A stretch of 62,913 nt of DNA, filler included, from Octopus bimaculoides (lineage: Eukaryota), in assembly GCF_001194135.2 (NCBI RefSeq). It is 4 parts of 4 records of this genome, joined end to end, with 100 filler letters (N's around TTAATTAATTAA, not from the genome) between each part and the next. Parts side by side here need not be neighbours in the genome. Positions count along the whole stretch, not along the records: positions 1 to 23,991 come from NC_068990.1; positions 24,092 to 33,977 come from NC_068982.1; 2 more parts are not named here. One strand, 5' to 3'. The notes beneath the pieces were generated by a model, which worked only from the letters and a program-made list of their open reading frames with translations, did not search any database and had not been told where the DNA came from. This document shows positions 14,106-27,136 of this stretch, piece after piece (position 1 is the stretch's first letter; the number at the start of each line of letters is the position of its first letter). Made by a program: the position numbers and the translations under genes.

Positions 14106-15644
14106 AGTTGTAGGAGTGAAAGGCCCAAGAGAATTTGGCCTTAGAAAAACCACACAAAACACTCGATCTTCACTATTGTAGCATTTTATTTTTACTATAA
14201 CTTATTTCAATAATCATTGGCTTCTGTAGCTATTGGAAATAGTTTCCATATCGTCAGAGACTGTTACCTGAGATAAACTGCTTTCCAAACCAGAGGAAAT
14301 TTATCTTTACGCTTGATCACATAAGCCCACGAAACCGGAAACCGATATCGTCCATTATGAAGTTTTATTACAAGAGTTAGGAACTATTAGCACTTACAGT
14401 ATTTTGCACATATCACTACCATATGACGAGTTCTTTTTTTCTTTTCTGTCATTGTCGTTGTTATTGTTGCTATCCTTTAGTCCCGAGTCAAATCTGGTTG
14501 AGCAGATAAATAATCAAAGATATTCCTATTATGAACATGTCTTTGTATTTACATGTAGTGTATCTATGACTGCATTAGCCAATGTCTTTAGCTCTTTTTC
14601 TATTTTAAGTCGGTACGGAGCGATATGTGATATAATGGCGATTTAACTTCTCCTTCTCATATCTTGAGCGACCACGTAGAGGCTCCTTTAGTGTCTAACA
14701 TCGCGAGTTTTGAAACAAAGCACTGAACAGTATGCCTTACAATATTTACAACGAAATAACACTGTATAATGGTATTATGTTGTCATAACTACAACCATTA
14801 AATGGTGAGAATATTTATAGTCTTATAAATGAATCATTATAATGGTGTCCTTTAGTGTTGTTGCTAACAGGACATTGCCGTGGTTTCCCTATTCCTGAGC
14901 GATACACATATACATATGACTCTATATTCTGCTGTATTATTTTTCATCCATATTTATAAGATGGATCGCGTGTTGGTTTTGACGACGAGAATTCTAGTTC
15001 TTATATCAATAGAACTAACTACTATTATAAAGTAAGTGGATGAGTATTTCGCAGACACTTATACTCGTATCGTTATACAAGGTATACTGTATGTCATTAC
15101 ACTGCGGAAATGCTCTGGCTACTGGATATACAACAGGAATTCCATAGTACCTGAAGAGTTTAAATAGATAAATAATAGAAAACAGATAGAACAATTTTCA
15201 TTATTTAAAAATTACTACAATTGTTTCGACACATTTTTTCATCTAATCAATGTACACGCAGTAAATTGATGAGATGTTACGTAATCACTATTATTCATCC
15301 AACATGCAAAATGTACCTCCTCAGGTATTGCTTAAATAAGTCCTTTGTGAGATCCTATTCAGTGCAGTGGGTTGTTCTCAACAGTTTACAGATAAAATTA
15401 GAGTCATAATTTTACTGACAGACAAAATACAATCATAATCAAAATACAAAATATAGAAATTAAGAAAATGACAAACAATGGGAATTAGGTTTGCTATAAA
15501 TTACAATCCTATCATGATAGTCAGATTATAAAGAATTAACTATAAAATTAAGCATTTAGAGATTATAATGTGACAGAGAGATGAAGACTGACCATTTCTG
15601 TGCTTATCAATTTGTTTCTTAAAGAATCTAAATTACCCCATGTA

Positions 15645-15960
15645 AAGGTGCTTGACTTGCTGGTTAGGGTATTCGGCTCACGAACGTAAGGTCGCAAGTT
15701 CGATACCCAGCGGTGCGTTGTTTTCTTGAGCAAAACACCATTTCATGTTGCTCCAGTTCACTCACCTGTAGAAATGAATAGTACTTGTATTTCAAAAGTG
15801 CAGCTCATCACATTCTGTGCCACGTCACGATGAATCTCATTGAGAACTATGTTCAGTTTACACGTGTCTATGTAGTGCTCAGCCTCTCGTTCGTTAATTT
15901 CATGAGCAGGCTGATCCATTGATTGCATCCACTGGTTGTCGTAACTGGAGGAGCGCCAGT
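15645..15960 (+). mobile_element. tRNA-derived SINE family C
   Basis: TGGTTAGGGT (box A) and GTTCGATACC (box B), then TCTTGAGCAAAACAC (CORE-like). The 3' half (TACACGTGTCT.TG.AGTGCTCAG...GAGCAGGCTG) is shared with 37284 and 49959. Confidence 0.8.
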
Positions 15961-16185
15961 TTTTCTAATTATCCCACGCCTTTCACAATGAAACATCTGG
16001 CTCCGTTCTATACTCGAATCAGTCAATTTATATACTTAATCTATGACCGTCTAGCTTTTATTACGTTTTTTTTTTTAAACAACTAGAAAAATAAATTAGG
16101 TAAATTCTCACTCGTATACATATACATTCTTTCGTATACCCACATGATCAGAGATGAAGGCAAGATGAGAAAGTAACATAAAATA

Positions 16186-16627
16186 TACGTAGCTGTGTGG
16201 CAAGAACTATGCTTCCCAACCATATGGTTCCGGGTTCGGTCTTGGGCAAATGTTTTATATTATACCCTCCGGCCGACCAATGCCTTGTAAGTAGATTTGG
16301 TAGACAGAAACAGAAAGAAACCCATCATACACATGTAAATATATTTGTGTGTGTTTGTGTGAGTGCGTGTGTGTGTATTTGTGTGTGTGTTTGTCTGTAT
16401 GGTCTGTGTTTGTTCCCCACCATGGCTTGACAACTCGGGCTGGTGTGTTTACGTCTCCCTAACTTAGCGAATCGGAAACAACCGATAGAATAAGCACAAG
16501 ACTAAAAGCAAAAACAAAAAAAAAACAAAAAAAAAGTATTGGGATCGATTCGTCCGACTAAAATTCTTCAGGGCAGTGCCGCGGCGAGTTCACAGTCTAG
16601 GGACTGAAACAAGTAAGTGATAAAAGA
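16186..16627 (+). mobile_element. SINE family A, diverged, near full length
   Basis: AGCTGTGTGGCAAG...GGTTCCGGGTTC...GGCCGACCAATGCCTTGT...internal (TG)n...GACTGAAACAAGTAAG. Confidence 0.85.
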
Positions 16628-17094
16628 AATATGCCTTTATATATGCACGCATACGTTTCTTACATACTATTTTTAAAATATGTATACGTATACACTTCTT
16701 ACATACTATTTTAAAAACCGAAATAAATAAATAAATAAATACGAATATTATGATAAAGTAAAGTGAAATAAAAAGATATATGCGTATACTTATTTATATA
16801 TTCACACATGTACAATTCTTGCTATCCTATTGTTTTAAAAGACAAAAATAGATAATACAATTCAATACAGTTAAATATATATATTTTTAATGAAGTATGT
16901 ATTTTATATAACTTTATTATGTTGTACTCACTATTCTTGCTTTGAAAAGCAGTAAGAATGTATGTATAAATTTATGAATATATACATATGCATGTATTTT
17001 TATTATATTACATTTATTTATAAATTTTACATATAGAAATCTGACAAAACAATTGTAGCGATTTCAAATCAAGAATGTTATTCAATCCATTTTC

Positions 17095-17121
17095 TATTAC
17101 ACACACACACACAGACACACA

Positions 17122-17179
<58 letters not shown>

Positions 17180-17196
17180 TACATACATACATACAT
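17095..17196. repeat. (CA)n(TA)n(TACA)n compound microsatellite
   Basis: Seen directly. Confidence 0.95.
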
Positions 17197-17269
17197 AAAT
17201 ACATGTAACTAAATATGTGTTTGTGTGTGTGTATACACTATATATATGTGCGTGTGTTTGTGTGTGTGT

Positions 17270-17376
17270 ATTCTATTTTTCCCTCAGCGTACTAGGCTTA
17301 AAAACTAGGGTTGATTCATCTGACTAAAATCCGTCAAGGTGGTTTCCCACCATAGCTGCAGTCTAATGACTGAATC
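17270..17376 (+). mobile_element. SINE family A 3' fragment
   Basis: GACTAAAATCCGTCAAGGTGG..CCACCATAGCTGCAGTCTAATGACTGAA matches the family A tail. Confidence 0.65.
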
Positions 17377-17591
17377 ATCTATATGAAACGATAAATAATA
17401 TTTTAACAATTTGCTGTTTTTCTTAAGGTATGAACACTTTCGATTTCATTCACCACAATACATAACTGGTATATATTCTATGAACACAAAATTTATGAAT
17501 GAAAATTTAACATAAAAACTCCTTATAGTAAGCCCTTTGCTTCGAATTTCAAGTGGATCTCCTTGCAATAATGCTACTAAGGCTAGTACTA

Positions 17592-17797
17592 CTTTTCATT
17601 ACAGGTGTAGGACCTGAAATTTTGGGGGAAAGAGGTTTTGCGATTACATCGATCCCGGCGCTCAAAGGATACTTATTTTATCATCTTTAAAGAATGAAGT
17701 GCAAAGTCGATCTCAGTGGACTCTGAATGCAGAATGTAAAGCGGACAAAATTCCGCTAAGCATTTTGTCTGGTTTGTTAACGACTCTGCCAGCTCGC
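17592..17797 (-). mobile_element. SINE family B
   Basis: GATTACATCGATCCC...GATACTTATTTTATC...CCGCTAAGCATTTTG...AACGACTCTGCCAGCTCGC matches other minus-strand B copies. Confidence 0.8.
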
Positions 17798-17855
<58 letters not shown>

Positions 17856-18241
17856 NNNNNNNNNNNNNNNNNNNNNNNNNNNNNNNNNNNNNNNNNNNNN
17901 NNNNNNNNNNNNNNNNNNNNNNNNNNNNNNNNNNNNNNNNNNNNNNNNNNNNNNNNNNNNNNNNNNNNNNNNNNNNNNNNNNNNNNNNNNNNNNNNNNNN
18001 NNNNNNNNNNNNNNNNNNNNNNNNNNNNNNNNNNNNNNNNNNNNNNNNNNNNNNNNNNNNNNNNNNNNNNNNNNNNNNNNNNNNNNNNNNNNNNNNNNNN
18101 NNNNNNNNNNNNNNNNNNNNNNNNNNNNNNNNNNNNNNNNNNNNNNNNNNNNNNNNNNNNNNNNNNNNNNNNNNNNNNNNTGGTGGTGGTGGTGGTGGTG
18201 GTGGTGGTTGTGGTGGTGGTGGTGGTGGCGGTGGTGGCGGT
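17798..18241. repeat. (TAA)n and (GGT)n microsatellites either side of an N gap
   Basis: Seen directly; source of the poly-P, poly-H and poly-G ORFs. Confidence 0.9.
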
Positions 18242-19139
18242 GATAGACTTCGTGCATAGTCAGCAGTAACATTTGGAACGTTTGCATTACTGAAAATGTC
18301 GGCGATGGCGGAGGTGATGTTCATGCTTGTGGTGATTGCTGTGGTCTTGGAGGTGTTAGGGTTATTAATGGTAATGACACCTACTGTAGTTGTTTGTGGG
18401 GATGCAGAAAGTGATTATGGTGACGTCGTTGGGGCTCAATTATAAACAGCGTCAAACCTAAGATGTCGAAAGAATAATGTAAAGGAAAACATTTCTAGAA
18501 TCGTCTTTGAAATGTGTTTAGTTGTGGGTGTCCTTGCCTGTGTGTAGGTGTGTAAAGTGCGAGAAGAAGACATTGAAGAGGAAGACGTGTGAGATAAAGA
18601 TCAAAGAGAATGAGCGAGAATGAGTTATAGACGAAGAGATGGAGAATGAGATACAGAGATCGGCAGAAGAACTGAAGAAGTAGAGATGGCGTGAGTGAGA
18701 TTGAAGGAGAAAGACTGGGAGATAAAGAATTATGGATGCAGTAATTAAGATAGGGAATGAGTGAACAATGAAAAATAATAACAAAAAGCAAAAATAGATG
18801 AATGAAATGAGATAGAAAAAGAGAAATGAAGAGATAGTTTTGCAGAGAAATATAAAAGAAGAGAATGCGCAATAGCGGAAATAAGGGTAGCATTAAGAGG
18901 AAGAGAATAAGTGGAAGAAGAGAAGAGAGTAAGAATGACAGAGTTGACCGTGGAGAGAATAATGATTTCTTTCAGAAATAATAGAAAATATGAGGTGAAA
19001 TTACAAAAAAGAGGAGAGACAAGCAGAGAAAAATTGATGGAAAGATGTAATTAAAAAATCATCAGAGTAGTTACGTGCTGCAGTGATTGATAGGTGGTAG
19101 ACAGACAGGCAGGCAGACATACGCATGGATAGACAGACA

Positions 19140-19140
19140 A

Positions 19141-19186
<46 letters not shown>

Positions 19187-19187
19187 T

Positions 19188-19233
<46 letters not shown>

Positions 19234-19267
19234 TAGACGCAGAAATATACTAAAATTGATTGGGAAT

Positions 19268-19327
<60 letters not shown>
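19140..19327. repeat. (GATA)n and (GA)n microsatellites
   Basis: Seen directly. Confidence 0.93.
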
Positions 19328-19329
<2 letters not shown>

Positions 19330-20385
19330 ATTGAGAAAAAAGGTGAACGAGAGAGTCTTTGCTTGATGTCTTTTTGTTCCATTAATAACGGACAGAGGAT
19401 TAGGGAGTAACAGCTGTCATGCTTAGAACATGACAGCTGCTACTCTCGATACTTTCGACAGGGTTCCCAAGTCATATTAAAGTTATTGATGTTGTTCTTG
19501 TTGTTCTCGATATGGTTTCCTTTGCTAATAAAGATAACATGTGACTTAAAACAGAGACAAGGGAAACTGATAAGAAAAAAAATAAAACGATAATATATCA
19601 TGCACTTTTTTCATGTTTCTTTTTGTATGATATTTTAAGGAAATATATCAGATGGCGAAAATTAAGACATATATCATTTGCTTATTAAAATATCTTGTGA
19701 TTCGTTATTTGATCCCTAAGGTATTTTCTTACATTAAGGTATTTTTGGGAGCCACAAATCAAGAATGCCGATACGTCTTTTGTATTTCTGTTAGAGAGGA
19801 GATTTATTCCATTAATTCGTTTGCTGAGATTAATGAGATGTGGATGGATGAAAGAATTTCAATTCCTTTTGTGAGAATATGTTTTGTGTAAATTTTAAGA
19901 AAGACAGGCGCTGTATTTCCCAAGGAAATAATAAATGATAGTGGAAGAGTCATACCTCTGTTTTTCAAACGAAGTGAAGTGGTTCCATACATCTTTGGGA
20001 AGAGAGTTGGAAGAATCTCTGGCAGATATATCAGAGATCCTTCAGACGTGACTAGGATGCATACCTCATCGATCAAAGCACGACGTACAGAAAAAATATG
20101 TCTGGTCATTAAGATCTAGAGTCAGGTGTGTATAGATGCAGAAGTGGTACGTCATCATAGATTGCTGATTCACTTTATGACTTTCAAGAATAAGATCAGA
20201 TTCAAAGATATTAGCAGGGAGATGAATATTTGGTTTGTCATCAGATTAGTGCAACAGTTCGAGCATGAGTTGAGCGTAAAGGATACCAATGATGATACAC
20301 ACACATGTACGTACACGCGCTCACAGAAACATCCGCCCACACACATATTACGTATGTCTATACACACATATAATACATTAAACAG

Positions 20386-20387
<2 letters not shown>

Positions 20388-20448
<61 letters not shown>

Positions 20449-20477
20449 GATAGATAGACAGACAGATAGATAAATAG

Positions 20478-20531
<54 letters not shown>
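20388..20531. repeat. (CA)n(GATA)n microsatellite
   Basis: Seen directly. Confidence 0.93.
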
Positions 20532-20555
20532 GCACGATCAAACAAAATAACTACA

Positions 20556-21421
20556 TAAACAAGGTCTGTTCAGAAGTTTTGAAATTTTTTTTTAGGAGAG
20601 GCAATTATAACTGTTCTAAACTATTGAAATTATTGTAACTTTAGTATGTCATTACTATACATTTAATAAGCTGGCCCACCAACTTTTGTTGTTATTCCAG
20701 ATCGAAGAAAATGGCTGTTACGGCACTTTGAACACAATCTGCATGCTGACAAGTTTGCAGAAGGCAGTCAGAAGGTGAAGATAATTTTGAAGCTCGCTTG
20801 CCATAAAGGTTTGTGTTAAATTGGGTAAACGCTACAGAAACATAGAAAGAGTTGCAGACTGCTTATAGATTTATTGTAACAGTCGAGCAGCTGGTTTTCA
20901 CTGGAACAAGAAGCTAGACAAAACAAGTCGACAGGGAAGCTGATGAAGATCCCTTTTTTTAGACAGCAAGGACATCATCTACATCTACTGGGTTCCCTCT
21001 GGCCAGACAGCCAACTATGAGTACTTTTTGGAGGTTTTGAGAATCATTTTATCGCAAAAGGCCAGAGCATCTTCACCAGGGCAATGAAACAGTCTACTTG
21101 TTCATCCTGGTAACCAACGACTTGACAGAGGTGAGCATCAGAAATGTCTCTCACCCCCCCCCCTACAGTCCAGACTTTACTCTTTCTGACTTTCGGTTGT
21201 TACCTAAGCTGAAGGAAGATAAAGGAGGCTGTGACAAAGGTCCTGGACACTTTCAGTTCGAAGGACATCCATAGGACCTTCACGAAGTGGCTGGAGCGCT
21301 GTAACATGTGCATTGAATTTAGAAGATCCTACTTTGAAGGTGATTATAGTTTTGTAATTCTTTGATATTAATAAAATTCTCTCCTGAAAAATCTCAAAAC
21401 GTCTGAAATATACCATGTTTA
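20556..21421 (+). mobile_element. Internally deleted, decayed mariner (Tc1/mariner) DNA transposon
   Basis: Imperfect ~45-bp terminal inverted repeats (TAAACAAGGTCTGTTCAGAAGTTTTGAAATTT..AGGAGAG vs reverse complement TAAACATGGTATATTTCAGACGTTTTGAGATTTTTCAGGAGAG) with TA ends. Frameshifted transposase remnants: FLDSKDIIYIYWVPSGQTANYEYFLEVLR, HPPYSPDFTLSDFRLLPKLK (YSPDL motif), KWLERCNMCIEFRRSYFEGD. Confidence 0.9.
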
Positions 21422-22046
21422 CATATATGTGGGTGTGTTTGCGCGTGCAGTGGGGTTTCGGCGGAAAAGAGAAACGTAAAACTCAAATCAAAGGAGGTCG
21501 ATTACGATGTTTGTTCTGCGTTCTGTTACAGACACTCGTTTCCCACTGTTCGACATCGTAAATGCAATGAACCAGTCATTGGCCCGTCGGAGATCTGTAA
21601 CCAGCGACTATATTATTCACTAGTTGCAATGGATTATAAATACAATTACTAAATAACACCTGCCGACTTTTGTTTCACTGGTTGAACTCACTTCAAATAA
21701 ACTTCAGAAACCTTCAGGACAAAACCGATGATATTACAACCTATTTATTTGAGAAGAAACAAGTAAAATTTTTCTTCATATTTTTTATTCAAGATATTTA
21801 AAAGTCATGAAATAGAATAGAAAATTTTCAAGTATAAAGTAAAAGTGATAACATTACTTATTAAATTATATGAAAGATTATTTATGAATTTAATATATAT
21901 TGTTTTCATTTTATTTTCTGTCTGAAGAAAATAATCTTTTACATGTCAGTCTATTGCGAGTGGAATTGAATCTGAGCCAAATCAAGTTCTTTAGATGAAA
22001 AAAAGTAAAATCAATATATAAAAATATAGAATGTAATATGAATGAA

Positions 22047-22077
<31 letters not shown>

Positions 22078-22774
22078 CACGTGTGCTTACTTTTACTTTT
22101 ACCTTTACTTTCTCTGTCTTGACAACGAGCTTCAAAAACATTTAATTTTGCTTTTTGAGATAAAGGAAATATCTTTGAACATCTTCAGCAACAACAGCAG
22201 TGAAAAACATACATACGTAAAAATGCAAAGACAAGCATAGACACAAACACACACACACATTCACCCACATATGCACGCATATATGCATATGTGTGTGTGT
22301 GAGTGTGTGTGTGTATGATCACGTGTGTCTATTTTTTGATACGTTTTTCATTGTATGGAATCAAATGATATAAGGTTATAATATAGAATTGCACAGATAT
22401 TCTCAAAAAGTGTTAAGCTTATATTCTTCAGTAAATTTTACAAAGTAAATGTTTTAAATTTGAAATATTTTGTTGATGAATCTCTATTGGCAACACGAAA
22501 ATATATTTTAAATTTATGTCAATGTCCTTGTTATGCGGATCAATGTTATACCATAATTAATAATTTTATATTTCTGAATATTCGTAACAGAGATACATGT
22601 GACATCTGTTGGAATAAAACTGCCTTCACTAATAGATTATCAGAAGAATTTCAGAAAACTTTAATCAACTAGATGCTTTCTTTGTATATTCCAATCTATA
22701 TGCTACACATAGAGAGAACAGTAGGGAACAATATATATATATATATATATATTATATATGGAAAAAGAGAGAGG

Positions 22775-23016
22775 GGAGAGGGAGGCGAGAGAGGGAGAGG
22801 GAGGCGAGAGAGGGAGAGGGAGGCGAGAGAGGGAGAGGGAGNNNNNNNNNNNNNNNNNNNNNNNNNNNNNNNNNNNNNNNNNNNNNNNNNNNNNNNNNNN
22901 NNNNNNNNNNNNNNNNNNNNNNNNNNAGGGAGGCGAGAGAGGGAGAGGGAGGCGAGAGAGGGAGAGGGAGGCGAGAGAGGGAGAGGGAGGCGAGAGAGGG
23001 AGAGGGAGGCGAGAGA
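22775..23016. repeat. 19-bp purine-rich minisatellite (GGGAGAGGGAGGCGAGAGA)n spanning a gap
   Basis: Unit repeats exactly on both sides of the N run. Confidence 0.93.
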
Positions 23017-23289
23017 TTATGTTTGTGAATACAATTGAATGTCTGTATTTGTGTATCAATGTGGAAAAGAGAAAGTGCTAAGACTTGTACCACATTTTGT
23101 ACTAAACACCTTGGGGCATTGGCCAATTATGTTACTGGGACTCATAATATATACGAGTGATTAAGATTCCCGTTTTTATTAATTCTTATTTTGCTCGTTT
23201 ATATTTAATATTTACACTTCTTCGCTTCTATACAAAATTGATATATGACCAATTCACTTTTAATTATCAATTCATAATATATGTACATA

Positions 23290-23328
<39 letters not shown>

Positions 23329-23459
23329 TACACATACGTATGGGCACACATATACATATTTACATGTATATATGTATATACATGCTGACACCTCACACGT
23401 AAACAGGAGGGCTGAGGACAGTAACATGCAATTTAATGCCGGACATTTTCTACATGCAT

Positions 23460-23495
23460 GTTCTCTCTCTCTCTCTCTATCTCTCTATCTCTCTA

Positions 23496-23590
<95 letters not shown>
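23460..23590. repeat. (CT)n(AT)n microsatellite
   Basis: Seen directly. Confidence 0.93.
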
Positions 23591-23594
<4 letters not shown>

Positions 23595-23750
23595 TATTTT
23601 ATTTTATTTAAAAGAGTTCCAACTCTGTTTTTTCTCCAATATGTTTAATGTTGATTTTCTTTTCTACTGTAGTTAAAACGTACGTTATTAAAAAACGATC
23701 TTCAATATGCTACTACAACCACCGACATCCCATCGTCGTCACCATTGTAT

Positions 23751-23788
<38 letters not shown>

Positions 23789-24035
23789 CATCATCATCCT
23801 CATCATCATCATCACCTGAAAACGCCAATAGTTGGAGTACATGTGGTTTTTCCGAGCTCTCTGCACATTTAGATATATCTGTATGGTCTGCCATAGGGTT
23901 CAATCCATCCTGGCCCACTCATATACACACTTATATACACACATGTAATATGCATGTATATATATATATATATATATATATACATACATACNNNNNNNNN
24001 NNNNNNNNNNNNNNNNNNNNNNNNNNNNNNNNNNN

Positions 24036-24047
24036 TTAATTAATTAA
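24036..24047. other. Assembly linker TTAATTAATTAA in a 44N+12+44N gap
   Basis: Same geometry at 34022 and 47799. Confidence 0.92.
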
Positions 24048-24778
24048 NNNNNNNNNNNNNNNNNNNNNNNNNNNNNNNNNNNNNNNNNNNNATATATATA
24101 TATATATATATATATACGCATGTATACGCACGCTCACACACATATGTAAAGAGAGAGATAGACAGAGTGAGAGCCAAACAGAGAAAAGTCTTGTGTCGTC
24201 TGCTTAAGAGAGTCAGTCATGTTTGCTGAGAAGATTAGGCGTGAGAAGAGAAACGACGATAAAAACTAAAGTGAAAATAAATAAAAGCAAATAAAAAAAT
24301 TAAATATACCAAATCACATAGAAAAATAGTATTATATATATACATACACATATGCATACACACACACACATATATTAGAAATGAAGGAAAACAATATAGT
24401 AAAGTGAGAAATAAAGATAGGAAATAAACATAGCAGAATATATCGTTGAAAGAATAAACAGAAAGGGAGTGAAAAAAATAGCAATAACTTTAAGCATGAA
24501 GATCTAAAAAAATAAAACACACAAGCAGTAAGAAGATGAATTAAAACAAGAACGGCAAACAACAGCAAACAGCAGCAAACAACAAACCCATACAATATAA
24601 TTTAAAGTAAGGATATTTTTGTAACTGTTTATGAATAAGGAGTTAAGGAGTTTAATATCAATTGTTTCTTTTTTTTATGCTTGTTCTAGTTTATACTTTA
24701 GAATTCAAACGTCTGGTGAATATATAAGATGTAGTTAAAGAGTTTGCACAGGAAAAGGTAAATTGAAATATGCCAACT

Positions 24779-24809
24779 CTGCTGCTGCTGCTGCTGCTGC
24801 TGCAGCTAT

Positions 24810-24867
<58 letters not shown>

Positions 24868-24878
24868 TAGTAGTAGTT
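24779..24878. repeat. (GCT)n(TAG)n microsatellite
   Basis: Seen directly. Confidence 0.93.
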
Positions 24879-25059
24879 TCGTTCAGAATTCTGATCTATC
24901 GTTTCAGGATTGTGATCTTGGTTTCTTTGTCCGCTATCGTACAAATAGTTAAACTGTTTAATGTGAATTGCTTTGAAGCTAAATCGAAGACCTTTATGTC
25001 TTTATTTTTCAATGTTTTTGTTACCAACGGATTGTGACCTTGTGGTTCATTCTGAGGAA

Positions 25060-25420
25060 GTTATTCAGAAAGTAATCAATCTCTTCTCCATTGTCTGTAT
25101 TGCTTTTAGATTGTAGTAAGTTAGAGTGATATTTATACCTGCTGCAGATGAGCCGTACTTTAAGACAGATATACATGTTAAACAGACGAGACTCGGTGTA
25201 GAAGATTGTTTCATTTGCCTCAGCATCTCTGACTGCAGAGTTAAATCCTAATATTCTGAGATAGACTTAAGGTTTGAGAAAGCTGAAGTCAAATTTGCTG
25301 AACGGATTTGGGAGGACAAGGACTTAAAGCATTTCTCAAGCCTTCATTCTATGATGCTTGTGCGGTCACTTCCTTGCTATACTTTTTGAAATATGGATGC
25401 CATATCGATTTCACTAGATG
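25060..25420 (-). mobile_element. Possible highly decayed LINE reverse-transcriptase fragment
   Basis: Minus strand AFSNLKSI...CISVLKYGS...LKAIQTMEKR loosely resembles the AF.KL...SVLLYG.E region of RTE-type RTs; several stops. Confidence 0.3.
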
Positions 25421-25638
25421 CTTTTATAGTATATATTATAAATACGTTGGAATTTTTTTTTTACCTGACAAAGGGCAGTCTCTCTCAGTACAATCTTACC
25501 TTATCGAGAAGTAGATTATGTCATCAGTTTTCGTGACTTCAGAATCCAATTTTCATTTTGAATGAGTTCTCGGTAAACGTTGCCAATATAAACTAAAAAT
25601 TGATTTCACATCTCAAAGACAATTTTAAGTTATTAAAT

Positions 25639-25847
25639 AGTGGTTTCCCATTTTGGCACAAGGCCAGCAATTTTGAAGGAGGGGCAAGTCGATTGCATCG
25701 ACCTGAGTGTTCAACATGTACTTATTTTATCGACATCGAAAGGCAAGGTCGACCTCGGCGGAAATTGGGCATAGAACAGAAGGACGAATAAAATGCCACA
25801 AAGCATTTTGCCTGGAGTGCTAACGGCCCAGCCTTCTTGCCGCCTTC
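25639..25847 (-). mobile_element. SINE family B
   Basis: TTTTGGCACAAGGCCAGCAATTTTG...GTACTTATTTTATCGAC...GTCGACCTCGGCGGAAATT matches other B copies. Confidence 0.8.
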
Positions 25848-27068
25848 TTAAGTTACTAAATATTAGCACTGTTGTGTGGGATCATCTCACTTTGGACATA
25901 AGAGACCAGTAACAGGAGTCCAGGGAGAACAGCATGCAACCCGAGATAAACAGAATTGACTGTCAAAAATTGAAACGCGGGGACCGATAATGCCAGCTGT
26001 AGAAGTTCTATGTCTAGGAATGAATTCCACTACACTGTCGGAGGTCGCATTACACTTTCAAAAGTGGTCTATCACCCATGGAAGGCTACATGTCAGAAGA
26101 CCAAGATGGACAAATGTACTGTCATTTCCAGCCGGTTGCAGAATTCGTTATACATGAAAGTATATAAATAATAGCTGAAGATATTTAAGTTTTGGAATAC
26201 GATGCTAGAAATGTGCACATAATGTGGAGATGGATTGTACTACCATCGCTATCTAAGTGCCGATCTCGTAAACATCATTGCTGTTCTCATAAGGCAAATA
26301 TACAAGAACTAAAAAAATGGTTCCTTTAGCTTTCGGAAATGTTTAAGAAAACTCAGTTAATGATGACATCTTACAACTTCTTCACATGCGCGTGAGCGTG
26401 CATTCACGCACACACACACTCACACACGCATACACACACACACACAACAACAACACTAACACACACATAAACACACTCATGGCCACACATCATCTCAACT
26501 ATGAATATCAAAGTACTGACACGTCTAAATAGAGTTGTATGTCATATGGGATTGAAGAACTCGATTGATATCGATATAATTATTCGATATCAATATGCAC
26601 ACACGCACACTCACATAGTTACATACTCTAACAGATACAGAACATTTCACCAATGAATATTGGAAAACTGACATTTTGATAAGAAATCTATGTCATATGG
26701 GATTGCAGGAAATCTTGATTGATATTAATATAATTATCAACGTCATCGTTACACACACACACACACACACACAAACACACACACGGATACATATGCCTAC
26801 AAAATACATATATATATATAATCATCATCATCAGCTAACCACCTTAAACTACATTGTTGAGGAATTGTGATAGCTGTTTAACAGACACGCATATTGACAT
26901 ATACATACTTGTTTATTTCTTCATAATATTGTAAATTAGAAAGTGTTAAATACTACATCACGCTATCAAGAAATAAAACAATGTGTATATAACTCTTTTT
27001 AATTGATATCCTGGTTGTTGCACGATATAATGGTTTCAGTTTCAACAGATCTCACATTAAGCGACTTG

Positions 27069-27128
<60 letters not shown>

Positions 27129-27136
27129 CATCTATC

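Noticed and set aside
17673-18324. Poly-H, poly-P and poly-G ORFs
   Set aside because: Microsatellites plus an N gap read through as X.
21575-21645. ATTGG (reverse CCAAT) about 55 bp before TATAAATA
   Set aside because: Common by chance in AT-rich DNA; no downstream exon or ORF.
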